Of a stretch of 32,000 nucleotides of DNA, positions 18,989-27,495 are shown piece by piece. The notes under the pieces are model-generated. The model had not been told where the DNA came from and searched no databases. It was given only the letters and a program-made list of their open reading frames with translations. The DNA is from Tannockella kyphosi (lineage in GTDB: Bacteria > Bacillota_I > Bacilli_A > Erysipelotrichales > Coprobacillaceae): positions 1,110,001-1,142,000 of the forward strand of contig NZ_CP088239.1 in NCBI RefSeq assembly GCF_021054785.1, given 5' to 3'. A program made the position numbers and the translations under genes. Position 1 is the first letter of the stretch. Each line of letters starts with the position of its first letter.

Positions 18989-19003
18989 ATTTTTCAATAT
19001 CTA

Positions 19004-20125
19004 CTATTCATCTCCAAAGCATACGCCAATTGACTTCGCTGCTTTTACTAATTCTCCATCTGGTTCTACATGTTTTTGTTTTCCAAACTTAGCATCCCCA
19101 ATTACTTCTTCTAAAGAAGTATATGTCATATTTTCACCTTTTAAAGTAACTACATTACCAAATAATTGTTCATCAATCATTTGACAAGCTTTTACTCCAA
19201 AACGAATAGCAAGAATACGATCATAAGGATCAATATCTCCACCACGAATAATATGTCCAGGATTAACAGAACGTACTTCATGATTTTCGATTACTGCTTC
19301 TAAATCATCTGCCACTTTTGCAGCTAAACCAGAATAACGGATTGGATCAGGACTATCTTCTACAATCTTACCAATCACTTTAGTTCCATCTGCATATTTT
19401 GCACCTTCAGCTACCGCAATAACAGTATAAGGATATCCTGCTTTATCACGTGCTTCTACGTGTTTTTTAATGTTATCAATTGTAAAAGGAATTTCTGGAA
19501 TTAATATACAAGATGCATTTCCAGCAAGACCCGCATATAAAGCAATCCATCCAGCATCTCTACCCATTAACTCACAACACAAAACACGATGATGTGATTT
19601 TGCAGTTGTAGATAAACGATCAATAAAATCAGTACCAACAGACATTGCACTAATAAATCCATATGTTAAATCAGTAGCTGGTAAATCATTATCCATTGTT
19701 TTAGGAACACCAATTACATTCACACCTAGTCTAGAGAAATCTCTAGCACTTGTTAAAGAACCATCTCCACCTAAAACAATTAAAGCGTCAACACCTTCTT
19801 TTTTCATGTTTTCTACACCTACGTAAGAAACATCTTTTTTAACTTTACCACCATTACCATCATCAACTAAATAATCAAATAAATTATCTTTATTTGAACT
19901 AAATAAAATAGATCCACCTTCTTTATGAATGTTTTCTACTTTATCTTCCGTTAATTCAATAAAGTTATTTTGATATAACCCTCTATATCCATATACGTAC
20001 CCAATAACTTCATATCCATATTCATGAATAGCAGTTTTTGTAATCGTACGAATAACCGCGTTCAACCCTGGACAATCTCCTCCAGCAGTTAATAATGCGA
20101 TTTTTTTAATTTTCCCATTTGTCAT
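19004..20125 (-). CDS. pfkA: 6-phosphofructokinase (PfkA family, long form)
   Basis: TAGGDCPGLNAVIR, VLGGDGS and PKTMDNDL motifs are present. The start is moved to ATG 20123-20125, 8 nt behind the GGAGG at 20134-20138. The track start at 20140 overlaps the SD. Confidence 0.9.
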   Translation of the reverse strand: MTNGKIKKIALLTAGGDCPGLNAVIRTITKTAIHEYGYEVIGYVYGYRGLYQNNFIELTEDKVENIHKEGGSILFSSNKDNLFDYLVDDGNGGKVKKDVSYVGVENMKKEGVDALIVLGGDGSLTSARDFSRLGVNVIGVPKTMDNDLPATDLTYGFISAMSVGTDFIDRLSTTAKSHHRVLCCELMGRDAGWIALYAGLAGNASCILIPEIPFTIDNIKKHVEARDKAGYPYTVIAVAEGAKYADGTKVIGKIVEDSPDPIRYSGLAAKVADDLEAVIENHEVRSVNPGHIIRGGDIDPYDRILAIRFGVKACQMIDEQLFGNVVTLKGENMTYTSLEEVIGDAKFGKQKHVEPDGELVKAAKSIGVCFGDE

Positions 20126-20148
20126 AAACACAACCTCCATATAACCTT

Positions 20149-20177
20149 ATTATATATATGTTTGTGAAAAAATTCAA
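20149..20177 (-). promoter_or_regulatory. Candidate sigma-A promoter of pfk
   Basis: On the minus strand: TTGAAT (20172-20177), a 17-nt spacer, and TATAAT (20149-20154). The implied 5' UTR is very short. Confidence 0.4.
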
Positions 20178-20209
20178 CAATAATGTTACCGTTTACATAA
20201 ATAACTTTA

Positions 20210-20773
20210 CTAAATAGTTTTAATTTTTACTAAAACTTCAAGAATACGAAATACTGGAAACCCTATGATAGTCTCGAAACTGCCTTCTACCTTCTCTACT
20301 AGACAATTTCCAATACCTTGAATTGCATAAGCACCAGCTTTACCAACCCACTCATTTGTGTCTAAATAATCTTCTATTTCCCTCGATGATAACTCTTTAA
20401 AATAAACATCACTACTTTCTACAAAAGTATGTATTTGTCCTTTATAAAAGATTGCTACTGCACTATATACAGTTTGTTTTTGATTTGACATTGCTTGAAG
20501 CATTTCTCTAGCATGTTGACGATTATTTGCTTTTCCTAACATTTTATGATGGAGACAAACCATCGTATCACAACTAATTACTACTTCCTGCAAATGTCTA
20601 GATGCTACAACTTTTCCTTTGTCTATTGCTAACATTTGTAATTGATAAAAAAGTGTTAGACTTTCATCCAACACTTCCTCTATTTCTTCAAAGTCTACAA
20701 TATAAGGAATGTTGTATTGCTCTAGTAATTCTCTCCTTCTAGGAGAGCTACTCGCTAATACAATAGGTTCCAT
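20210..20773 (-). CDS. maf: Maf-like nucleoside triphosphate pyrophosphatase (septum formation protein Maf)
   Basis: MEPIVLASSSPRRRELL is a canonical Maf N-terminus. The start ATG (20771-20773) lies 1 nt after the pnp stop codon. The track's longer ORF overlaps the lysine-rich tail of pnp. Confidence 0.85.
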   Translation of the reverse strand: MEPIVLASSSPRRRELLEQYNIPYIVDFEEIEEVLDESLTLFYQLQMLAIDKGKVVASRHLQEVVISCDTMVCLHHKMLGKANNRQHAREMLQAMSNQKQTVYSAVAIFYKGQIHTFVESSDVYFKELSSREIEDYLDTNEWVGKAGAYAIQGIGNCLVEKVEGSFETIIGFPVFRILEVLVKIKTI

Positions 20774-20774
20774 A

Positions 20775-22910
20775 TTATTTTTCTTCTTTCTTTTCTTCTT
20801 TTTTAATTGGTTTTGGAAGCAACACTTTACGTGAAATATTAACACGTCCTTTTTCATCTACTTCCGTTACTTTAACTTTAACAATATCTCCGATTTTAAA
20901 GATATCTGCAGGATTTTCAACTCTTTCATGAGCAATTTGAGAAACATGTAATAAACCATCTGTTCCTTCAAATAATTGTACGAACGCACCGTATTTTTCA
21001 ACACGAACTACTTTTCCATCATACACTTCTCCTACTTCTGCTTTTTTAACAATTGCTTGAATTAAACCAGCAGCAATATCAATAGATGCTTTATCAGTAT
21101 GATAAATAACTACTTTACCATCTTGTTCAATATCAATCTTAACATCATTTGATTTTTCAATAATTTCATTAATTACTTTACCACCTTGACCAATTACATC
21201 TCTAATTTGATCTGGATGAATATGCATCATAAATACTTTTGGAGCATATGTTGATAATTCTTCTCTAGGTCCTTCGATTGTAGCTAACATATTGTCCATA
21301 ATTTGTTTTCTACCAACTTTTGCTTGAGCTAACGCTTCTTGGATAATTTCTTTTGTAATACCATCAATTTTAATATCCATTTGTAAAGCACAAATACCTT
21401 TATCAGTACCAGCAACTTTAAAATCCATATCTCCTAAATGATCTTCCATACCTTGAATATCAGATAAAATAGTATAATCATCACCTTTTACAACTAATCC
21501 CATTGCAATTCCAGATACTGGTGAACTAATAGGTACCCCAGCAGCCATTAAAGCCATCGAAGATGCACAAATAGATGCTTGTGATGAAGAACCATTTGAT
21601 TCCAATACTTCTGATACTAAACGAATAGTATATGGGAATGCTTCTTCATTAGGAATCACTTGTAATAAAGCTCTTTCTCCTAATGCTCCATGTCCGATTT
21701 CACGACGTCCTGGTGAACCCATACGTCCTGTTTCCCCTACTGAATATGGTGGGAAGTTATAATGATGCATAAATCTTTTTTGATCTTCTACACCTAAACC
21801 ATCAATTTTTTGATATTCTCCTTGTGCTCCTAACGTACAAACAGATAATACTTGTGTTTCACCACGAGTAAATAATGCAGAACCATGTACTCTTGGTAAT
21901 AAATCAGTTTGTGAATTTAAAGGACGAATTTCATCGATTTTACGACCATCTGGTCTTACTTTATCAACTGTAATTAAACGACGTACTTCATCTTTTTCTA
22001 AATCATGTAAAATGATTTTTACTTGTTTCATTACTTTTGCTTTGCTTGCATCACTTTCATATTCCATTGCATCATATTCACTAATAACAGCATCCATTAA
22101 ATCATCAATAGCTGCATATCTTTCTAACTTACCAGGAATAGATACTGCTTTTATCATTTCATCATTTGCACGATTTGAGATTTCTTCTACTAAAGAATCT
22201 TCTAATTGGAATAAAGGAATTTCGATTTTTTCTTTACCAAAAGATTCTAAAATTGTTTCTTGGAAAGCAATTAATTCTTTAATTTTTTCATGCCCAAACA
22301 TTAAAGCTTCTAACATTGTTTCTTCATCTACTTCTTTTGCATCTGCTTCTACCATGTTAATCGCATATTTAGTTCCAGCTACTTCTAAGTTAATTAAACT
22401 ATTTTCTAATTGTTTTGGAGTTCCGTTAACAATAAACTCACCATCAACTAAACCTACATTCACACCTGCAATCGGTCCATTAAAAGGAATATCGGAAACA
22501 CATAAAGCCAAAGAAGCTCCAAACATTGCCGCCATCTCAGGACTAGCATCTTGATCTACTGAAAGAACCGTATTCACACTTTGTACTTCATTTCTAAATC
22601 CATCCGCAAATAATGGACGAATTGGACGGTCAATCATTCTAGACGTTAATGTCCCATGTTCACTAGGACGTCCCTCTCTCTTTAAAAATCCTCCAGGAAT
22701 TTTCCCTACTGAATATAATTTTTCTTCATATGTAACTGTTAATGGGAAAAAGTCAATATCCTTTGGCGTTTTACCAGCTGTTACTGTTGATAAAATAACA
22801 GTATCATTATAACGTACTAAAACTGATCCATTCGCTTGTTTTGCGATTTCCCCTACTTCTACTTCTAGATTTTTTCCATAAAAATCCATTCTAAACACTT
22901 GTTTATTCAT
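20775..22910 (-). CDS. pnp: Polyribonucleotide nucleotidyltransferase (PNPase)
   Basis: Two RNase PH-like domains followed by KH ([15 protein letters not shown]) and S1 ([18 protein letters not shown]) domains. The start is placed at ATG 22908-22910, behind a GAGGTGAAG SD. The track's GTG start lies inside that SD. Confidence 0.95.
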   Translation of the reverse strand: MNKQVFRMDFYGKNLEVEVGEIAKQANGSVLVRYNDTVILSTVTAGKTPKDIDFFPLTVTYEEKLYSVGKIPGGFLKREGRPSEHGTLTSRMIDRPIRPLFADGFRNEVQSVNTVLSVDQDASPEMAAMFGASLALCVSDIPFNGPIAGVNVGLVDGEFIVNGTPKQLENSLINLEVAGTKYAINMVEADAKEVDEETMLEALMFGHEKIKELIAFQETILESFGKEKIEIPLFQLEDSLVEEISNRANDEMIKAVSIPGKLERYAAIDDLMDAVISEYDAMEYESDASKAKVMKQVKIILHDLEKDEVRRLITVDKVRPDGRKIDEIRPLNSQTDLLPRVHGSALFTRGETQVLSVCTLGAQGEYQKIDGLGVEDQKRFMHHYNFPPYSVGETGRMGSPGRREIGHGALGERALLQVIPNEEAFPYTIRLVSEVLESNGSSSQASICASSMALMAAGVPISSPVSGIAMGLVVKGDDYTILSDIQGMEDHLGDMDFKVAGTDKGICALQMDIKIDGITKEIIQEALAQAKVGRKQIMDNMLATIEGPREELSTYAPKVFMMHIHPDQIRDVIGQGGKVINEIIEKSNDVKIDIEQDGKVVIYHTDKASIDIAAGLIQAIVKKAEVGEVYDGKVVRVEKYGAFVQLFEGTDGLLHVSQIAHERVENPADIFKIGDIVKVKVTEVDEKGRVNISRKVLLPKPIKKEEKKEEK

Positions 22911-23006
22911 TCTCTTCACCTCGTTATTTGTCTAATGTATTATATCATAGAAACATGTAATACAAAACATTATTTTATGAATAATAATGAAAACGATTTA
23001 ATTTTA

Positions 23007-23015
23007 TGTTATAAT
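23007..23015 (+). promoter_or_regulatory. Extended -10 element (TGTTATAAT) for the 23037 gene
   Basis: TGnTATAAT at 23007-23015, about 22 nt upstream of the ATG and just upstream of the GGAGGA SD. There is no strong -35 box. Confidence 0.4.
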
Positions 23016-23036
23016 GGAAAAGCGGAGGAAAATTTT

Positions 23037-24287
23037 ATGACAGAAATCGAACAAAAAAACTATGAACTATACAAAATGAAATTTGAGGCTAGTCCTACTC
23101 TTTTCACAGAATCACTTGCAAATGATTACATGAAATTATTGAAATCATTGGATATGGTGGAAGAAGCATGTTTAGTGGGAGAAACATTCTTAAATGAAGT
23201 ACCAGAATTAAAACAATATATTAACCAATATGGATATGTATTATACAATACTTATATCAATGTGGAAGATGAAAAAATCAAAGCAGATTTAGATACTTTT
23301 TTTGAAAAGGTTGAAAAAATTATTTCAATGTGCAAACCTGAAAGATTTTCACCTTTCAATGCAACATTAAATAAAGCTATTCGTGTTGTTACTAATTCTA
23401 ACCCTATTGACTACTCTCGTTTAATTGAGTTATTAGGAAATTATGAAGTAAGTGATTTATCAATGGAACCTTTTACAAATAAAGAAGGAAAAGAATTTGA
23501 ATCACAAAAAGAACGTTATTATCGTTTATTAGTACGTGCTTTATATGAAACTAAACAATATGAAGAATGTATTACACAAGCAAATATTGCTTATAGCTTA
23601 AATCTTAAATGGCATTACAATGCTCAATCTTGGATTGCATACTATCGTGCTTTATCTTTAGTAGAAACAAAAGATTATGTAGAAGCAAAACATGCTTTCT
23701 TATCACTACAAAACCGTATTCGTGGAGTTGACTTCAATGATGTCTTATATACTGTATTTAGTGAAAATGGTGATCAAAAAGAAGCAAATATTTATTTATT
23801 ACATGCATTCTTTGAAAAAGGATATTCAATTGATCATTTAGAAATGTATAAAAAATTATTAGCAGCTATCACTAAAACTGAAAAAGAAGAATTAATTAGT
23901 TGTGTTGATGAATTTATTAGTGCTTTAACAAAAGAAAAAAATATTGCATATACTGCATTAAAAGAATATGAAACTACTGCTTCTTCTAGTGATTTATATG
24001 ATATTGTTTATAATAAAGTAATGACTAACTTATCTTTATTAGTAGAAAGAAAAGAAGCTAGTGTTGTTTATTATAATGATAAATCTAAAATCGGTACAAT
24101 AGGTTCTGATTATAAAGAAGATGGTATCTTCTTTAGACAAGCTGATTTTGTTTATGATGAAGATGTTCAAAAAAGAGATAAAGTAGAATATACAGTATTA
24201 CCTACTTTTGATAATAAAAAACAAACAATTAGTAGTAAAGCTATTTTAATTGTTACAACAGAAGAATATGTTGATTTTGGTTTTTAA
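23037..24287 (+). CDS. Uncharacterised protein: helical-repeat (TPR-like) region plus a C-terminal OB/cold-shock-like region
   Basis: 416 aa from ATG 23037, behind a GGAGGA SD at 23025-23030. TPR-like helix pairs include KERYYRLLVRALYETKQYEECITQANIAYSL and AQSWIAYYRALSLVETKDYVEAKHAFLSL. The last ~70 aa show a five-strand pattern (ASVVYYND / IGTIGS / GIFFRQADF / DKVEYTVL / KAILIV) reminiscent of cold-shock domains. I do not recognise the family. Confidence 0.7.
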   Translation: MTEIEQKNYELYKMKFEASPTLFTESLANDYMKLLKSLDMVEEACLVGETFLNEVPELKQYINQYGYVLYNTYINVEDEKIKADLDTFFEKVEKIISMCKPERFSPFNATLNKAIRVVTNSNPIDYSRLIELLGNYEVSDLSMEPFTNKEGKEFESQKERYYRLLVRALYETKQYEECITQANIAYSLNLKWHYNAQSWIAYYRALSLVETKDYVEAKHAFLSLQNRIRGVDFNDVLYTVFSENGDQKEANIYLLHAFFEKGYSIDHLEMYKKLLAAITKTEKEELISCVDEFISALTKEKNIAYTALKEYETTASSSDLYDIVYNKVMTNLSLLVERKEASVVYYNDKSKIGTIGSDYKEDGIFFRQADFVYDEDVQKRDKVEYTVLPTFDNKKQTISSKAILIVTTEEYVDFGF

Positions 24288-24311
24288 GAGGATGTAAATC
24301 CTCTTTTTTTT
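24288..24311 (+). terminator. Rho-independent terminator
   Basis: Stem GAGGAT (24288-24293) / ATCCTC (24298-24303) with a GTAA loop, followed by T8. Confidence 0.7.
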
Positions 24312-24363
24312 ATGAGCCCAAACACTTTTATAAAAGATGCATATAATAAGTGAGGTGAATGGA

Positions 24364-25146
24364 TTGGATCATTTATATATTTATAGTCCGTTATTATTTG
24401 TTTTTCTAGCAGCAACATTTAACTGGTTAATGACATTTCTAGGAGCAAGTCTAATTTGTTTTGTAAAAACAGAAAGCAAAAAACTAGTAAGTATTGCTTT
24501 AGGTAGCTCCGCTGGTATTATGATTGCTGCATCTTTTTTTTCATTATTACTTCCTGCAAAAGAGCGTTTAGAAGGCTTAAATACCTTCTATTTACTAATT
24601 ATTCCAATTGGGTTTTTATGTGGTGTGTTGTTTTTAAAAGTCACCGACTTCTTTTTTCCTCACGAACATGCCCTAATTCATGAACAGGAAGAAAAATATT
24701 TAAAAAATAAAGTACTGATGTTTGCAATGACATTGCATAATATTCCCGAAGGTTTAGCTGTTGGAGTAGCTTTTGCAGGTGTTGTAAATAACAACTATTT
24801 ACCAGCATTAATTTTATCGATAGGGATTGGGATTCAAAATTTTCCTGAAGGCACCGCTGTTGCACTACCAATGCATCAGTGTGGAAGAAGTAAAAAGAGT
24901 TCCATTATGTATGGTCAGTTTTCTGGATTAGTAGAAATCCCTAGTGCTATCTTAGGATTTTTATTTGCTTCTTTTTTAGATGGTTTATTACCTTTTGCAT
25001 TATCTTTTGCTGCTGGAGCAATGGTTTTTGTATGTGTTCAAGAATTAATTCCAGAAGCAAGTAATGCTTCCAAAAAAGATTTAGGATCATTTGCTTTTGT
25101 TATTGGTTTTATTGTAATGATGTCTTTAGATATACTCTTATCTTGA
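24364..25146 (+). CDS. ZIP family divalent metal (zinc) transporter, ZupT/GufA-like
   Basis: ZIP signature HNIPEGLAVGVAF and a second QNFPEGTAV motif are present. The start is uncertain. The ATG at 24337 has no SD and would contain a TATAAT box (24342-24347). The in-frame TTG at 24364 lies 6 nt behind GAGGTG (24352-24357), so it is preferred. Confidence 0.85.
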   Translation: MDHLYIYSPLLFVFLAATFNWLMTFLGASLICFVKTESKKLVSIALGSSAGIMIAASFFSLLLPAKERLEGLNTFYLLIIPIGFLCGVLFLKVTDFFFPHEHALIHEQEEKYLKNKVLMFAMTLHNIPEGLAVGVAFAGVVNNNYLPALILSIGIGIQNFPEGTAVALPMHQCGRSKKSSIMYGQFSGLVEIPSAILGFLFASFLDGLLPFALSFAAGAMVFVCVQELIPEASNASKKDLGSFAFVIGFIVMMSLDILLS

Positions 25147-25149
25147 TGT

Positions 25150-25176
25150 AAGCTTATTCAATATTGAATAAGCTTT
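25150..25176 (+). terminator. Perfect palindromic hairpin after the ZIP gene
   Basis: AAGCTTATTCAATATTGAATAAGCTT is followed by TTGGTTT. The T-tract is weak. Confidence 0.6.
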
Positions 25177-25250
25177 TGGTTTATGCTATATATTATTTGT
25201 TTTTTTGTGAAAAAGCAAAAAAAATGTTGGTTTGTTGTGTGATTTTTCTG

Positions 25251-25279
25251 TTGACATTGTTTTGAAAATAATTTATCAT
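25251..25279 (+). promoter_or_regulatory. Sigma-A type promoter of the second T-box leader
   Basis: TTGACA (25251-25256), a 17-nt spacer, and TATCAT (25274-25279). Confidence 0.6.
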
Positions 25280-25285
25280 GTTAAT

Positions 25286-25539
25286 AACATTACATTAATA
25301 AATACGTTGAAGTGGACTAGTAAATAATGAAGATGAATTAGAGAAGTTACGGTTGGTGCAAGTAACTCATTCACATTATTGAATTCACCATGGAGTTATA
25401 TGCTGAACTAACAGTAGGCATCATCGGTTAACATCCGTTACCATGTAAGTAATTTACTTGTAAGTCTGGGTTTGTGAAAACACAGAAAACTTGAGGTGGT
25501 ACCACGATTCGCTCGTCCTCTATTGGGATGAGTTTTTTT
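25286..25539 (+). promoter_or_regulatory. T-box riboswitch leader; the specifier loop reads GAA-UUC-A (Phe)
   Basis: AGTA (25319-25322). The upper Stem I helix AATAATG (25323-25329) pairs perfectly with CATTATT (25374-25380). AGAGAA bulge (25340-25345). Distal hairpin GTTAC-GGTTGGTGCAA-GTAAC (25346-25366). GAATTCA lies at 25381-25387. The T-box sequence AACTTGAGGTGGTACCACGA lies at 25488-25507. The terminator stem CTCGTCC (25512-25518) / GGATGAG (25526-25532) is followed by T7. Confidence 0.85.
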
Positions 25540-25568
25540 ATTACATGTATGGGAGAAAAAGGGAGAAA

Positions 25569-26561
25569 ATGAAAATGAAAAAATTATTAAAAGTATGTCT
25601 TGCATTTTCTATGTGTCTAGCTGTTGCTGGATGTAGTGAAGATGATGCCGATAGTGACATGTTAACTATTGGAGTTTTACAATTAGCTGAACATAGTGCA
25701 TTAGATGCATCTTATGAAGGTTTTGTGGATGGTTTAGCTGCTGCAGGTTATGTGGATGGTGAAAACATTAATATTGTATTTGAAAATGCACAAGGTGATA
25801 GTTCTAACTGTGTTACTATCGCTGATAAATTAGTAAATGATGGTAGTGATTTAATTTATGCAATTGCAACTACAAGCGCTCAAGCTGTTGCTAGTGCAAC
25901 TACAGATATCCCTATTGTTGTTTCAGCAATTACAGATCCTGAAAGTGCTGGTTTAGTGGAATCAAATGAATTATCTGGTACAAATGTTTGTGGTGCTAGT
26001 GATTTAGGTCCAATTGAAGCACAATTAGAATTATTGTTAGATATTGTTCCAGATGCAGAAACTATTGCTATTATGTATTGTAGTTCAGAAGATAATTCTA
26101 TTTATCAAGCTGAAATTGCACAAGAAATCTTAGAAGGTTTAGGTGTTAATGTTGAAATCGCTACTGTTTCTGATTCTAGTACTATTCAACAAGTTACTGA
26201 ATCTTTAGTTGGTAAAGTAGATGGTATTTATATCCCTACTGATAACTTATTAGCTGAATATATGTCTTCTGTTGCTTTAGTAGCAAATGAAAATGGTATT
26301 CCTACAGTTGTTGGTGAAGGTGGTATGGTTACTGCTGGTGGTTTAGCTTCAATTGCTTTAGATTACTATGAATTAGGTGTTTTAGCTGGTGAACAAGCTG
26401 CTTTAATTTTAAATGGTGAATCTGTTCCTTCAGAAATGTCTATTGTATATTTAGATGCAGAAAGCTGTGAATTACAATTCAATCAAGATGTTATTGATCA
26501 GTTAGGAATTACTATTGATGAATCTTTATTAGAAGGTGCAACAATTGTAACTACTGAATAA
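25569..26561 (+). CDS. ABC transporter substrate-binding lipoprotein, PF04392-like (TrpX-type, putative aromatic amino acid binding)
   Basis: The start is moved to ATG 25569 (MKMKKLL), behind a GGGAGAAAAAGGGAGAAA purine tract. Lipobox LAVAGC. The core IGVLQLAEHSALDASYEGFVDGL is typical of the ABC_sub_bind family. The track ORF start at 25491 lies inside the T-box terminator. Confidence 0.85.
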   Translation: MKMKKLLKVCLAFSMCLAVAGCSEDDADSDMLTIGVLQLAEHSALDASYEGFVDGLAAAGYVDGENINIVFENAQGDSSNCVTIADKLVNDGSDLIYAIATTSAQAVASATTDIPIVVSAITDPESAGLVESNELSGTNVCGASDLGPIEAQLELLLDIVPDAETIAIMYCSSEDNSIYQAEIAQEILEGLGVNVEIATVSDSSTIQQVTESLVGKVDGIYIPTDNLLAEYMSSVALVANENGIPTVVGEGGMVTAGGLASIALDYYELGVLAGEQAALILNGESVPSEMSIVYLDAESCELQFNQDVIDQLGITIDESLLEGATIVTTE

Positions 26562-26576
26562 AAATAGGAGATTAAT

Positions 26577-27494
26577 ATGACTAGTATATTACTTGCCATA
26601 CAAAGTGCCGTTGGTCAAGGTATTTTATGGGGAATTATGGCACTGGGTGTTTATTTGACTTATCGTTTATTAGATTTTGCAGATTTAACAGTGGATGGTA
26701 GTTTTGCTACTGGTGGAGCTGTTTGTGCCATTTGGATAACAAATGGTGGAAATGTTGTGATTGGTGTTGTTTTGGCTACAATTGCTGGTTTTGCCGCTGG
26801 ATTTATTACTGGTTTTTTACATACAAAATGTAAAATACCCCCTATCTTAGCTGGTATTTTAACTCAATTAGGTTTGTATTCTATCAACTTACGTATTATG
26901 GGTAGATCAAATCTACCATTATTACAATATGATACTATTTTCAAAAATCTAATGGAAATAACAGGTCTTGGATCTTCTGCCGTAACTATTATGGTTGGTA
27001 GTGTCTGTGTTGTTATTGTTATTAGTTTATGTTATTGGTTTTTCGGAACAGAAATTGGAAGTGCAATCCGAGCTACTGGTAATAATGAGAATATGGTTAC
27101 AGCCCAAGGAATTAATACCAATACAACAAAAGTGCTCGGTTTAATGATTGGTAATGGTTTAATTGCCATGTCTGGAGCATTGGTTGCTCAACAACAATCA
27201 TCAGCTGATGTTAAAATGGGAATTGGTGCAATCGTAATTGGACTTGCTTCTATTGTAATTGGAGAAGTTATCTTTGGTCGTAAAGGTGGATTCCGTTTCC
27301 GTTTGTTCTCGATTGTGGTAGGTTCTATTATTTATCGTATTATTGTTGCTATTGTATTACAAATGGGTTTAAATACAGATGACTTGAAACTATTATCTGC
27401 TATCTTAGTAGCTGTTGCCCTTGCTGTTCCAGTATTATTAGAAAAACGTAAACAAGTTTCTTCTTATAAGAAGTTAACAGGAAAGGAGTTATAA
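26577..27494 (+). CDS. ABC transporter permease (TrpY-type)
   Basis: 305-aa polytopic protein with an AGGAG SD. It is the middle gene of the three-gene transporter. Confidence 0.85.
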   Translation: MTSILLAIQSAVGQGILWGIMALGVYLTYRLLDFADLTVDGSFATGGAVCAIWITNGGNVVIGVVLATIAGFAAGFITGFLHTKCKIPPILAGILTQLGLYSINLRIMGRSNLPLLQYDTIFKNLMEITGLGSSAVTIMVGSVCVVIVISLCYWFFGTEIGSAIRATGNNENMVTAQGINTNTTKVLGLMIGNGLIAMSGALVAQQQSSADVKMGIGAIVIGLASIVIGEVIFGRKGGFRFRLFSIVVGSIIYRIIVAIVLQMGLNTDDLKLLSAILVAVALAVPVLLEKRKQVSSYKKLTGKEL

Positions 27495-27495
27495 G

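Noticed and set aside
20774-20857. The upstream extension of the maf ORF ([28 protein letters not shown]), considered as a possible overlapping gene or frameshift site in the A-rich tract.
   Set aside because: It is the out-of-frame reading of the lysine/glutamate-rich pnp tail. A canonical Maf N-terminus starts at 20773, right after the pnp stop codon, so a frameshift is not needed.
22012-22554. A 180-aa plus-strand ORF, together with other track ORFs at 1506-1703, 3465-3659, 8481-8678, 17908-18207, 24641-24871 and 30567-30752.
   Set aside because: All lie entirely antisense within well-supported genes (pnp, pepA, htpG, GH1, GH36, ZIP, udk/U32). They have low-complexity S/I/L/H-rich translations and no SD. 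These are typical shadow ORFs of AT-rich coding DNA.
22899-23036. The upstream extension of the 23037 gene, which overlaps the pnp start.
   Set aside because: It has no SD, would include the gene's own -10 element, and overlaps the pnp start region. The ATG at 23037 has a GGAGGA SD.
25384-25393. Alternative specifier triplets in the second T-box: CAC (His), ACC (Thr) and ATG (Met) in GAATTCACCATGG.
   Set aside because: Only TTC sits directly after the S-turn GAA and before a purine, next to the perfectly paired upper helix. The UGGU bulge also disfavours tRNA-His (C73). These remain the alternatives a covariance-model alignment should test.
25491-25568. The N-terminal extension of the binding-protein ORF (MRWYHDSLVLYWDEFFYYMYGRKREK).
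   Set aside because: It overlaps the T-box sequence and the terminator hairpin and T-run. The real start is the SD-preceded ATG at 25569, followed by a signal peptide and lipobox.
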